64,000 nt of DNA. It comes from Stegostoma tigrinum (lineage: Eukaryota). A program made the position numbers and the translations under genes. The stretch is taken from the NCBI RefSeq assembly GCF_030684315.1, contig NC_081369.1, positions 18,187,754-18,251,753 on the forward strand, given 5' to 3'. Of this stretch, positions 26,162-39,263 are shown in pieces. Below the pieces are notes generated by a model. It did not search any database, was not told the origin of the DNA, and was given only the letters and a program-made list of their open reading frames with translations. Each line of letters opens with the position of its first letter. The first letter of the stretch is position 1.

Positions 26162-27399
26162 GTTTGTTGTGGGAGGCACCTTATTTCTCTATTGGCTCTT
26201 GATTGAATGGATTACCAAAATTTAAATCCCCCGATGAGCTTTTACCATCATCAATAATTTGTAGCAGTATTTAGGAACAAAAATATAAAAAGCTGAAAAC
26301 ACACACAATGTCAGCCTCTGAGTTTGAATCACAGACTTCAGGCAAAATCAAGTTACTTACCTATATAGTCACCCAGGAAATATTAGACAGAAAATCCTAG
26401 ACAACTCCTAGGTGATTACAAAGCTGGCTTATCCTGACAACCTCTCCCAACCCTATCTGGGTTTGGAACACCTGACCAGAAATCTGGAACTCATCATAGT
26501 GCAGAAAAGTGGGAGTAGAGTGGTAACCTAACAAAGGTTTGGACAAGTGGATTAATCACTTTGACACAGGACTGTCGCAGATTTCCTTCATCACTGATGA
26601 ACTAAAGGGTATTTTAACCAGATTGTTTCCAGAAATTGTAAATTTCAAAACTTTCTTCTTGTTGTGGCTGAGTTTGAACTCTCTAGATTGGTCCAGATCG
26701 CTAATCCAATAACCATATTTATGTGCAAATGCAAGGGAGGTGGAGACCAATTCAGTACAAGAATGAATCGGGTTCAGAAGGAATAGTTATTTCCAAAATT
26801 AGGGGAGGGAGAAGAGGACATGTTTGATGATGCTCTCATGTAGTTGGCAAAAACAGTGGAACATGATTGTTACAACCAATGTGCATTTAATAGCTTCCAC
26901 AGACTGCACACCAAAAGCACTTCTAGCAGAGGTAAAGGTCACATGCCTTTGGCAAACCTGCCAGTATACAAAGGATACAATTGCATTTTTCCAAATATCC
27001 CCTCTTTTATAGACAAACACACAAAATTTGCTGCATTATCATTTGTATTAGAAATGTCACTCATTACAAATGGTCACAAGGAAAATTATCATTCTTTAAC
27101 AAAACAGTGTATTAACTCTAGTTAGTTCCATTTTTGTCAATCTCTGCATATGCGTTCCAAACATAGTCTTTAAATTGCACAGTGCACCTAATTATTAAGT
27201 ACACACATTGTCTATGGATGTCCCTCTGATTTCTACACCTATGGAGATGTTACAATTTCTGGGGAACAGTAGCCACTTGGGACTGAAGATTATTCTCTAT
27301 TCTGTGCAATGGTGAGATCACTTCCTCCTGATCCAGCACTTGTATTGAAGACACATTTCACTAGTTGAATGCAATATATGTTGGTTTACATTTATCAGT

Positions 27400-30300
27400 A
27401 AGATTGAGATGACAATTACTTATACAGGCTCCAAATTGCCACATAGTTGACCTTTTTTGAATGTTTGCACTCTTACTCGCTGTCCGCTGCTCAGCTTCAA
27501 CAATGACTTAATAATTTCATCAAAACTAAATTTGGTTTTACTTATTTCCATCTATTTATTTATTTTTGGTACCCAAGTGTTACTATTTCTTGAGTTAGTT
27601 CCATTTTTGCTATAAGAAAATTGGTTCGGGTGTAGCAATGACACCAGTATATGAACTGGACTGTTTTCCATGCCATCAGTGGATATATTTCTTCATAAGG
27701 ATTGCCATAGAGTTGCACTGTGTTGCATGGTTTGTTTGATTAGTTGCTTGCCTTTAGTTGCAAAATTACTTGCCTTTCAGATTCAATGTATCTGCTAGAC
27801 TGGTGACTTCCAGAGCGCACAGAGCTGTGGCTCCCTGTTGTGAAATCTCATCTGATTCATTAGCTTAGTATCCTCAACTTTACTAGGGAGTTCTGCTCTC
27901 AACAGCACTTTCGCAATATCAATCCTGTATGTCATGTTCAGATAATATTTCAGCAATCAAATTAACATTCCTCATGACATTTTGGAGTAGATAAAAGCAT
28001 TTAGAGGAATATGCTTTGAAGTTGCTTGTGTGTTTGATTCCACTCGTACTTTGTCCCTCGCAAACAGGCATTAAGTAGAATGCTCACCATCAAAGTGAAC
28101 AGATAGGCACGTTTGCTCTGGATGTACCTTTGTTCCGTTTTACATCCAGGTTGCAAATGCAGCTGGTTGTCCTGGCTGCATAAGGGTATCTCCAAGGCCT
28201 GTCTCGCTGGCATCTCTCTACTTGGGGACTTCATCATTGACATCATAGCCCCTCAGCACAAATGTTGTCATCACAAGTTATTTGATTTTAATGAAAGCTA
28301 TTTCTTGTACTCTGCTCATACCACCGCACATCCTTAGCAGTGAGCTTGCATGGAGATTCATATTCTGATAAATTAGGCAAGAACTTGACTAAACAATTCA
28401 CCAATCCAACAAATTGTTTTACTGTTTTCACCTCTGTTGGTTGCTGTGTATTGATTACAGCTTTTACCTTTTCAGATTCCGTGTGAAGGAAATCCTTTTG
28501 TTGATAGCACATGACTTTATGCACTTGACTTCAAGCATCTTCAATTGCATCTTTTCCTTGTTCAGTTTCGAGTTCATCTGACAAGCTGTGTAGCAGTCTG
28601 TATTGATGTTCTTCTGGAGCAGTAGAAATGCCAAATGGTATTATCAACCAAATAGCATCCAGAATGCAGTAAGAAGACTGCTTTCATCCAGCTTCATTTG
28701 CCAGTAACTATCCTTTGCATTAAGTAAAGACCATTGCCTTGGCAGGTTGATGCAAAATTTCTTTGATGTCTGACTTAGGATAGTGAAAATTGTGCAAAGC
28801 TTTTTTGAGATTCATTAAATCTACACATATCCTGAGTTCTCCAAGTTTATTACACCTCTACCATGCTGCTAATCCAGTCTATAAGAGCTTTCTTTTCCAG
28901 TTGTCTTGTTTCTTGGGCTGGATTTGAGAGCAGCTGGAATTCTCGTAGGCAAACGCTGTGTTAGTCTCACTGTCATCCATTTGGGGATGGTATTCGCTGG
29001 GAAGATATCCAAGACCTGTAAAATCATGTTTGTTATCTTCTCAGATCTGTTCAGTAATTAATGACATAGTGGACTGCAGAACAGTGCAAAGCTTTTCAGG
29101 AAAATTAGGGCTTCCAGTCCACATCACCTAGGACGCCAGCACTCTTCCAGATTCCGAGACCTAGGACTCTGTGCCCCACTCTGCAACTTCCTGACCCGCA
29201 GACCACAATCATTAAGGATAGGTGAAAACATCTCCTCCACAATAATCCTCAATACCTGTGCCCTGCAAGCCTGCATGCTCAGCCCCTTATTATACTCCTT
29301 ATGCACTCATGACTGTGTGGCTAAATTCAGCTCTAATTCCATGTACAAATTTGCTAATGACACCACCATAGTGGGTCAGATCTCAACCAGCAATGAGACC
29401 GAGTACCTGAAAGAGGTAGACAATTTAGTGCATGGTGTGAAGACAATAATGCCTCTCTCAATGTCAGCAAAACGAAGGAGCTGATCATCAACTTCAGGAA
29501 GTGGAATGGACGACACGTTCCTGTATGTATTAATGGTGCTGAGGTTGGGGTGGTTGAGAACTTCAAGGTCCTAGGAGTAAATGTCACCAACGATCTATCC
29601 TGGTCCATACACATCAATGCTACAGTCAAGAAAGCACTCCACACCTCTATTTCCTCTGAAGTCTAAGGAAATTTGGCATGTCCACAGTGACTCTTACCAA
29701 TTGTTTTCGACGCACCGAAGAATGCATCCCATCCAAATGCATCACAGCTTGGAAGGACAACTGCCCTATCCGTGACCACAAGAAATTACAGAAAGTTGTG
29801 AACAGCCTTCCTTCCATTGACTCCGTCTACACTTCCCGCTGTCTCGAGAAACCAACATAATCAAATACCCCTCCCAACACAGTTATACTCACTTCCACCC
29901 TCTTCCATCGGACAGAGGATACAAAAGTTTGAAAACATGTACTAACAGATTTAACAACAGCGTCTTCCCCACTGTTATCAAACTTATGACCAGACCTCTC
30001 ATATGTAAGAGTTGATCTTTCTCTGCACCTGTAACACAATAGTCTGCATTCTGTCCTATTACCCTGATGTACTTATGTAAGGTATGATTTATCCGGTTAG
30101 CATGCAAAACAAAACTTTCACTGTATCTCATAACATGTAACAATAATAAATCAAATCAAGTCAAAAATCAAACCTAAGCTTTAGAGTTCCCTCAGCTGAG
30201 AAAAGTGGATTTTGTTTAGTGTTTAACAACTGGAACTCCAGATAATCATTCTTTGCATTGCATTGGACTCTCAGTTTGATTTGTTCTCTAGGCATGAATA

Positions 30301-30830
30301 TCATTCTGTCATATATGGTTACAACATTACATCAGAGGTCTTTTTGTTCAGGGCACCAGTTGGAGTTATTTCACGCATGATTGTGAAACGCATGATGTTG
30401 CACTACGTACTGGTGTCTGACACTTCATGTTCGCTGATGCTGTCCACCTACATTCATAAATTCTAAAAGTCACAAACCATTTTTCAGGCAGCTTGTAACA
30501 TTCTACCCAGAACTGATAGCAGGTTGCTTCTCTTCTATGCTCATGTGATAAATTAATTCCATGGCTATATCATTGTTTCGCCAATGTGACTGAAAAAAAT
30601 TCCAATGCTCCTTTCATTTCTACAGCAGCAGGCAATGGATAACTTTCCACCATTTTGGCTCAGCTGGTAATTCAAAGTTATAGGCTATTTTTATTTTACT
30701 TCTTCCTTGCTGTTTCCTTCAGCAAATATTTTCAGCCAGACATTGCTTTCTGTCTTTTTCACAGGAGTTGGTTTTCTTACAGCTCTGAATTTGCACACAC
30801 TTTAAGAAGCAGCACTCTAACACCATGACA
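27400..30830 (-). mobile_element. Decayed Gypsy/Ty3 LTR-retrotransposon gag-pol, split by a Rex/Babar LINE
   Basis: Minus strand: protease-like VSDTST*CNIM (about 30400); RT LNAKDSYWQMKLDES...PFGISTAPEE (28610-28725); EKVKAVINTQQPTEVKTVKQFVGLVNCLVKFLPNLS; RNase H TEQRYIQ; integrase-like remnant near 27650. The order PR-RT-RH-IN is Gypsy-type. Confidence 0.8.
29120..30172 (+). mobile_element. 5'-truncated Rex1/Babar-type LINE
   Basis: LSPLLYSLCTHDCVAKFSSNSMYKFANDTTIVGQIS RT motif; AATAAA followed by an (ATCAA)n-like tail. Confidence 0.8.
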
Positions 30831-32580
30831 CAAGTAAAGTGTGCTTAATGGTTCTCACCAATTGCACACACATGCACTTTCAGCGAAGGTAGAGTCACAT
30901 GACTGCAGCAAACCTGCCAATGCATCAGCATATAACTATATTTCTCCAAGCAATTATCTGATACATGCAGGTGCTGGTGATATAAAATTAAGTACAAACA
31001 ATATCCAAGTCCTATTTCTGCAAGAAAGTGGTAGGGAGCTAGCAGAAGTGTGGAGAAATGGGATGGATCTAGGGCAACGACCCAATCAAGGGGGTTGTTC
31101 TGCTGAGGAAAAAATATTTCAGAAATCTTGGTATGGAAGTGGTGTCATCAGATACGATAGAGACACATCCAGGAAATAGCTCACATTACCTATAATGCAC
31201 AACATCCATTTTAACTTAGAAATGCAATATCTTATATAGTCAGCTGGAATGTGTAAAATGTAAACAAAATCACATAATATTGAGAGAAGTACATTTTGTG
31301 AAGTGAAGGAAGAAATTCAAATTTTAGTTATGATCTTTGCCAAGATAAACAAGACAAGCCAAAATATTAATTTCAATGTACTCCTCACAGATGTTTGTTT
31401 AGGGGAGTAACAGTGTTACAGCACTACAAATCCAGAACGATAAGATAACGTTCTAGGGTTATGGGTTTGAATCTCATGTTTGCACATGGCTAAATTCGAA
31501 TTCAATAAAAATGCTTGTGTAATGGCAAACATGTACCTATTGTTTATTGTTGTAAAAATTCATCTGGGTCATTAGTGGCCCTTAGGAGAGGAAATCTGCC
31601 ATCCTGGCCTACATGTGACTCCATGTTTGCAGCAATGTCTGATTGGCTCTTAACTAATTGTCCACAGGCAATTAGGGATGGGTGATAAATGTTGGTTGAG
31701 CTAGCGATGCCCACGTCTCATGAATGAAAAAATGTTAGTCAGAGCTTTATTTCTCATTCAAACATGCCACAAACTTCAACCACACTCATTGCTGGCTGTC
31801 TATATTTACAATCCCAGGTTGCACCCAATTACTGCTTAATTAATATATATTCATCACTGGTCTTATGAGGTCATAGGCCAGACCCTACAAAATGATAGAG
31901 ATGATTTTGCCACAAAGGTACTTTTTGCTACTCTTCTGATCTTTTCAGCTTCCCAAGTTAAAGTGAAATATTTACCTCCCTCTCGTCAAAGAAAAATTAT
32001 AAGTTCTCCTGCAACAAAAAATCCCATCACCATTTGCATAAGAAAGGTCACCAAAAGCAAAAGGTTTTTGTTTCTGGCATCTCTCAGCGATGGAAAGTTC
32101 AAAGCACAATGTCCATTTTGAAAATTTTTAATGTTTTGGCCACTAGAATAATATCTTCCACATTGGGATTTTTCATTTTGTAATTTCTCCAATATATTTT
32201 TGGACAATGCATCCTCATCTTATGAAACACTACTTTGATGACTAGCAAAGGACTAACCTTTCCAAAATAAGATAGCTAGTGTAAATTGACACTTAATCCA
32301 TTCTACCTGATTTCCAATCCAGTCTGCTTTAACCTAAAACATGACAGTAGGGTGCATAGTGGTGCCAGTAGCCTTGCTTTAGCCGTGTAAGTCCATCAGG
32401 AGGTATCTTTTCAGTGTCTGTCCACTGATGTAATAGGGCAGGTTGCCTCTATTTGCCACCTGTGCCACCAGAGCCGCTGTCTGAGTTTATACCACATTTG
32501 CTTGCGTTTTATTTTTGGATTTTATGTTTCTAATCTCTGGGTCTAATCTCCTGCTCCTCCTCCTGTACATTGAACCAATT

Positions 32581-32815
32581 CATAGAATCATAGAATCCCT
32601 ACAGTGTTGAAACAGGCCCTTCGGTCCAACAAGTCCAAGCCAATCCACCTAACCTGTATAACCTGTGGGAGGAAACCGGACTACCCAGAGGAAACCCACG
32701 CAGACACAGGGAGAACCTGCAAACTCCAGACAGACAGTCGTCCGAGGGTGGAATTGAACCCGGGTTCCTGGCACTGTGAGGCAGCAGTGCTAACCACTGA
32801 GCCACCATGCCACCC
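32581..32815 (-). mobile_element. HE1-like tRNA-derived SINE; other copies at about 37269-37590 (+), 53735-54088 (-), 61035-62110 (+, interrupted) and 62783-63130 (-)
   Basis: GGTGGCTCAGTGGTTAGCACTGCTGCCTCACAG...GGTTCAATTCC (A and B boxes) and a CR1-like (ATTCTATG)n tail. Confidence 0.85.
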
Positions 32816-33769
32816 TTTTTTGCTTTATTTTCTAGTGGCCTGCTCTGTTCTACTTATAATAATTCTATTTCTCCACAGCTGAGCCAGTTCTGATAAATAT
32901 TTGACTTTAGTACCCACTTCTGGAAGTTGTTTTTTGGGATTGATGGTTCCATTTAGATCTTAGAACCACAAAAAGAGGCCATTCACCTCACTGTGTCTGT
33001 GCTGGCTGAATAAACTAGCGGTTTGTTTAAATCCCTCTTCCTAGCACCTGGGCCATACCCTTGTAAGCTACAGTGGTTCAGGGCAGTTCCCAATTTCTTC
33101 TAAATGAATTGAGGGTTTCTGCCTCAACTACCTAGCAATTGAGCTGTCAGTGATGGATAACAGACCTTCCCCATGCACTCTGAGGTAACAAGGTGTAGAG
33201 CTGGATGAATACAGCAGGCCAAGCAGCATCTTAGGAGCAGGAAAGCTGACGTTTCGGGCCCACACAATTGTAGGAGAGAGAAAAATCTCTCTCCTCTCAC
33301 CTTACAAATGTGCCCCCGAGTCTTCAAATCCCCCATGCTAGGAAAAAGCAACTACTATTAACCCTATCTATACCCCTCATGGTTTTATAAACTTTTATAA
33401 GGTCATCTCTCAACCTCTCACGCTTCAATGAAAAACGCCCTGGTCAATAGAAATCAGAAGAACAGCATCTCCAGCAACTTGTAAAAGGAAGGATTGTGTA
33501 AGTGACTGATTGGATGAACACAGCAGGCCAAGCAGCATCATAGGAGCAGGAAAGCTGACATTTCGGACCTAGATCAACTACCAACGTCAATGCTACTGGT
33601 AACCTCCACTGCAACAGCCCCAACATTCATTGATTCACTATTTCTGAACAATGCAGAGACTGATTTTTTTTTTACTTTTTTTTCTTACCCACCTCATTTC
33701 TAATAATGTGTATGTCATGGCACTAATTATTTCTGATGTTTCTTTGTCAACTCATTTAAGTCTGGGACA

Positions 33770-35090
33770 CCAAGACTAGTCTGACAAGTGGCAGATGAAA
33801 TACGAAATGCAGAGAATTGCAAAATGATTCATTTTGGTAGAAAAGGAAAGGAGAAACAATATGATTAAAGGTTGCAGTTCTAAATACAGTGCTGGAGCAG
33901 AGAACTCTGGGGTATATATCTGAAAATTGCTGAAAATGTCAAGGCAGTTTGCGAAAGACGTGGGCGAACATTTCGATTTCTGGGCCTTCTAGTGTAGTCA
34001 CAAAGAGCAAAAGCAGGAAGTGGTATAACATACTGGATTGGTCTCAAGTGTTTTGTCAATTCCTGCACACATTTTACGAAAGATGTAAAAGCATTCGATA
34101 TGGTTCGGAAATTAGTCATGAGAATGGTTCCAGGGTAAGGAACTACAATTATGTTGATGGATTGGAGAACCTGTACCTGTTCTCCTTGGAGAAGAGACAT
34201 TGAGAAAAGATTTGATAAAGATGTTCAAAACCATGAGAGATCTGAACAGCAAAAATGGGGAGAAACTGTTCCCACTGGTGGAAGGATTGAGAATCAAAGG
34301 GCACTGATTTTAGGTGATTGTCAAAAGAAGCAAAGGAAGCAAAGTTATTGTGTCCAGTTCTGGTTGCCCTATTATAGGAAAGATGTGGAGGCTTTGGAGA
34401 GGGTGCAAAGGAGGTTTACCAGGATGCTGCCTGGACTGGAGGGCTTGTCTTACAAGGAGAGGTTGACTGAGCTTGGACTTATCTCTCTGGAGAGAAGGAG
34501 GAAGAGAGGTGACCTGATCGAGGTGTACAAGGTAATGAGAGGCATGGATAGAGTCGATAGCCAGAGACTTTTCCCCAGGGCAGGATTGACTGCCATGAGG
34601 GATCATAGTTTTAAGGTGTTAGGAGAAAGGTATAGAGGAGACATCAGAGGGAGGTTCTTCACCCAGAGAGTTGTGAGCGCATGGAATACTTTGCCAGTGG
34701 AAGTCGTGGAAGCAGAGTCATTAGTGACATTTAAGCAACTGCTGGACATGCACATGGACAGCAGTGAATTGAGGGGAGTGTAGGTTAGCTTATTTTATTT
34801 TTGGATTAGGATTATTCCAGGGCACAACATCGTGGGCCGAAGGGCCTGTACTGTACTTTTCTATGTAACATGAGGAAAAGTTATTTTAAGTGGGTTGTGA
34901 TTAGGGTCTGGAATGTATTATCTGTGTGTATGGTTAAAGAAAATTTAGTCTTGACTTTCAAAGGAGAATTTGATAATTATCAGAAGAGAAGAATTTGTAA
35001 GGCTACATAACAGGGTGGGAGACTGAGGGCAAGTGAGTTACTGTTGCAGAGACACAATAGCCAAATATTCTCCCTTTGTGTTGTAACCAT
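33770..35090 (+). mobile_element. Old CR1 containing a young 5'-truncated CR1 (about 34345-34865) with an uninterrupted ORF2 C-terminus
   Basis: YCVQFWLPYYRKDVEALERVQRRFTRMLPGLEGLSYKERL...FFTQRVVSAWNTLP. Confidence 0.88.
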
Positions 35091-36952
35091 TCTAGTAATA
35101 GAAAATAGGAAACACTGGGGGAGAAAAAGCACCACATGTGAGTCAGCATTTCAAGAGAAACGACAGTTTGACATTTTAAGAATAGGTACTCTTCATCAAA
35201 CGTAAAACCAGCAATAACCTGTTACATATTTTAAAAAATCTTAATTTGGTGTCCTACATTTTCATGCCATTATTTTGAGCCATTAATTATGTTAATTTTC
35301 TTTGCTACATAAGAATTAAATGATATGGCCCTCATTTGTGAAATCCTGTATTACCTCAAAGCTGTCACTTTCCACCATGGGCCATTGAAAAATCTGAAAC
35401 GGGAGTAGATTGCAGATTGCCTAAGGTGTACTTCACTAGAGTTTCTGAGCAGTGTAGTTGTTGTCTTATGTTAACAACCAGTGCAGGATTCCTAATTTCT
35501 TTCAGATAATGCCATAATAACCCTGCACTGAGTTTTTTTTTAACACTACCATGATTCTGTTCTCAATCTTTAAAGTTTGCCTTGACATGCTAACCAGTTA
35601 TAGGAGGTCCCTTTAAGGGTCCAGGTAATTTATTTGAGAACAATACATTAATTTGTTTTTGTGTCGGATTCATTTCCCTCAATTGTATATTCACATATCT
35701 TTGGTTTGTCTAGGATTGCCTCCATCAGCCTCAACTTGTGTAAAGATTTGCCACTCAGTTCTTGTTTCCATTTCTTTTATTTCTGTTTGTATTAATACAG
35801 CACTATACAAGGAGTAAAGGACTGATGCAATCCTGTGGACTCTATACATTGTGTCAACAAAATGAAGAAGAGATGTTTATGACAGGCCTTACAGTCCAGA
35901 TGTAACTGCACCTAAGGTGAGGCCTTACCTGATACTGACTCCTGTAATCCACATTTGGATGTGTTAGAGGAATCCTATCTTTGGGACATCTGCCTCTGTA
36001 ACATGTTGCTTACTTCATTATCTGACTAGTGACTTGCTCACAAAATCTGAATCAAGAGCAGCTCCTCCTGAACAAATTAATGTTACTGTGCCGAACCTAG
36101 GTAGATGATGACTTCAGCATTAATATCAAAGAATGGATATGCAGAGGGTCACCACCTATATGGTTTGTCACATGGAAAAATGCACCAGCTGGACGGAGAA
36201 AACAGATTTCATTGGATACAAAACATTTCACCTAACACAATATAGGAATCACATCTATTGTTGTAAATCCTAGAGAAAGGATTTGCAAATAAGTAACATT
36301 CAAGTGCTATGTGACGAACATGATCTGTCTGTGCTTTACACCAAAACAAATTTACAGTAGTAAACAGTGAGAAATGGTGCAGTTGGAATACCAGCACATT
36401 TAATTTGGACAACTGTGGCAGGTTTCTAGAGAGTCCTACTATAACAAAATAACAAATGAACAATGAAATCAACATTTACGTTTATCTGATTACTGATAAG
36501 AGTAACTGAAGATAGGCAGACATAGATTATCTTGTCATATACCTTTGCTCTTTTGAGATTCTTACTGTGCACGAATTGGTTGTTGATCCATTCATTATAA
36601 CAATGACTACACTGGAGGACTCTGAAAGTCTTTGAGTTGTCCTGCATTGTGAAAAGTTAGGTCTACACATGTTTCTTATTTCTAACCTGGTTTTATAAAT
36701 CTCTCCAAATTCATTTTTATAAAGCAATAAGATGTAATGCAATGGAGTTTTTAAAACAAACTGGTTGGATGATATAATGTCACCATTGTAAAATAAATAC
36801 ATAAACGTAATATACACCATAGTACAACATGACATGTTGCTACTGTAATATATGAATTGCTGGTCAATTCTACACATGCCAATTTTTGGGTTTTTAAGTC
36901 ATGGAGACTGCACAGCTTCCCACAACAATTAAAACAAAGTATAACTTTCCTT

Positions 36953-37195
36953 GATAATAGGAACTGCAGATGCTGGAGAATCCAAGATAACAAAGTGTGG
37001 AGCTGGATGAACACAGCAGGCCCAGCAGCATCTCAGGAGCACAAAAGCTGACGTTTCGGGCCTAGACCCTTCGTCAGAGAGGGGGATGGGGAGAGGGAAC
37101 TGGAATAAATAGGGAGAGAGGGGGAGGCGGACCGAAGATGGAGAGAAAACAAGATAGGTGGTGAGGAGGTAGGGAGGGGATAGGTCAGTCCAGGG
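36953..37195 (-). mobile_element. Young Penelope 3'-end insert with TSD and hammerhead-like core
   Basis: TSD AACTTTCCTT (36943-36952 and 37196-37205); minus strand CTGACGA-AGGGTCTAGGCCC-GAAACGTC at about 37049-37077. Confidence 0.82.
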
Positions 37196-39263
37196 AACTT
37201 TCCTTTGTCACTTCTTCACTTATATTGGTAACTGTGTCAGCCCATTCTGTCACCTGAACGTGATAAATGGGTGGCATGGTGGCTCATTGATTAGTAACTG
37301 CTGCCTCACAGCACCAAGGACCCGGGTTCGATTCTAGCCTCAGGCTATGTAGAGTTTGTGCATTCTCCCAATGTCTGCGTGGGTTTCCTCCGGATCCTTT
37401 GGTTTTCTCCCACAGTCCAATGATGTGCGGGTTCGGTGGATTGGCTGTGGTAAATTGCCCAGTGTCCAGGAGCGCGAAGGCTAGGTGGAGTAGCCACGAG
37501 AAATGCAGGGTTACACGTATAGGGTAGGTGATGGGTCCATGTGGACTCACGCCAAGTGACCTGTTTCCACAATGTGGGGATGTTATTCTATGTAACGTGG
37601 TGGTTGGAGGCTAAAGAGGGAGAGAAAAATAAAGTAAATACATTTTAAATTTTAAAAATTGTTAGGCTATTGTGTCCCCTAATGGGTTGTGTCATGTGTG
37701 TTTGTGGGGTTAAAGTTGATTTCATTGCTTCACCTCCGTATCTAAGATGTAGTCACCAAAGGTAACAGCCGCACCACAAACCAATAAGCCAACACTGATA
37801 ATAGGAGCAATAGTAGGCCATTCAGCACTTCAAGCCAGCATGACTATTGAATATGGTCATAGCTCATCGTCCAATTCAATCTCTTGTTCCTCATATTCTT
37901 TGACCCCTTTTGCTCTAAAAAAATTTGTCTACCACCTTCTTGAAAACATTCAATGTTTTGACCTCGACAACTTGCAAATTTGGCAAAAGAAGGTGCAAAA
38001 TAGTCGGTAAAGAGTTTTTAACTTTCGACCAGATTCATCAAGGGCCAGGAGACACCACAAAGAAACTCTTAGGCTTCCCATTTCTCAGTCGGCCACCTTC
38101 TGCTCACCTCAAGGCCATCCCTGATGCTCCTCACATTACGCCAGTGATCATTACCTCCCCCACTTCCACAGAAACATTCTCCAATTGCCATGTAATCACT
38201 TGACAGCCCACTTTTGGGTTGCCTTGGCGATCTAATGAGGCCTGGCAGCTAACATCAGCTAAGGCTAACTGTTACCCCTCTTAGACAGGCTTGATCCTTG
38301 TTAGGCTAGAGCACCAGCCTGGAAGTGGTACTGGGCTCCTGCAGCTTGGGAATCAGATTCAAAACTGACTGAAGAGCTGAGTGAGTGAGAAACTGAAGGA
38401 GGTACTGGAAAATGCACTAGTCACTTTATAGAAACTCTCTTTAAAATATTTGACCAGTGTGAGTGCATTCTACCACTGCCCTTGAAAGATTTTACATTTA
38501 CTGGCTCTGAATTCTGTCCCGCTATGGAAGACTGCAAGGAGAGGACAGGCATTTATGTAGTGTCTAATAATGAGCTCAGCACCTCCCAAACTACTATAAA
38601 GGTCAAATAAGCTCCCATATTATCTTCTGATCCTTAGCATTTACTTGGGAGACAGGAAGTATCAGCACCAAGTAATTACGTAGATGGAATGAATCTCAAA
38701 GTTGCTGGTCTCTGACTTCAACTTTAAGAATACAGAAATTGGATTTGGGTACATGACGCCAAACAGGTGAGTTCACAACAGCAGCTCTTCAAGCCATCAC
38801 TTTGAAGGACTAAGTCTACAGTATTAAAAATCAGAGCTGACACTGAGCAGTCTGAGTTCATGTTCTAAGCAGTTTATTCACATTCAAGGGGGAAGCAGCT
38901 CATAGGTGAGCTCATAGCTCACTGAGTTCCAAATAGTGACCTTATAGAGGTTTATAAAATTGTAAAGGGCTGGGATAGGGTGAATAGACAAGATCTTTTA
39001 CCCAAGGCAGAGGAGTCCAAAACTCAAAACTATGCCTTTAAGGTAAGAGGGCAAGGATTTGAAAGGGACCTGAAGGGTAACTTTATTACACAGAGGGTGT
39101 AATAAATGAACTGCCAGAGGAGGTGGTGGAGATTGGTACCATCACAACATTTAAACGGCATGTGGATGGGTATAAGAAGAGGAAGGGTTTAGAGGAGTAT
39201 GAGCCAAATGTTGGCAAATGGCACTAGATCAGTTGGTTGGCGCAGATGAGTTGAACTGAAGAG

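Noticed and set aside
30841-31179. 112-aa plus-strand ORF with possible exon at about 30884-31030
   Set aside because: No recognisable homology, adjacent to the Gypsy 5' region, and no partner exons found.
32740-32815. tRNA-like A/B boxes here and in other copies
   Set aside because: These are SINE heads attached to SINE bodies, not tRNA genes.
34151-34783. 210-aa ORF as a possible domesticated gene
   Set aside because: Accidental fusion of an old CR1 with the intact C-terminus of a young CR1 ORF2.
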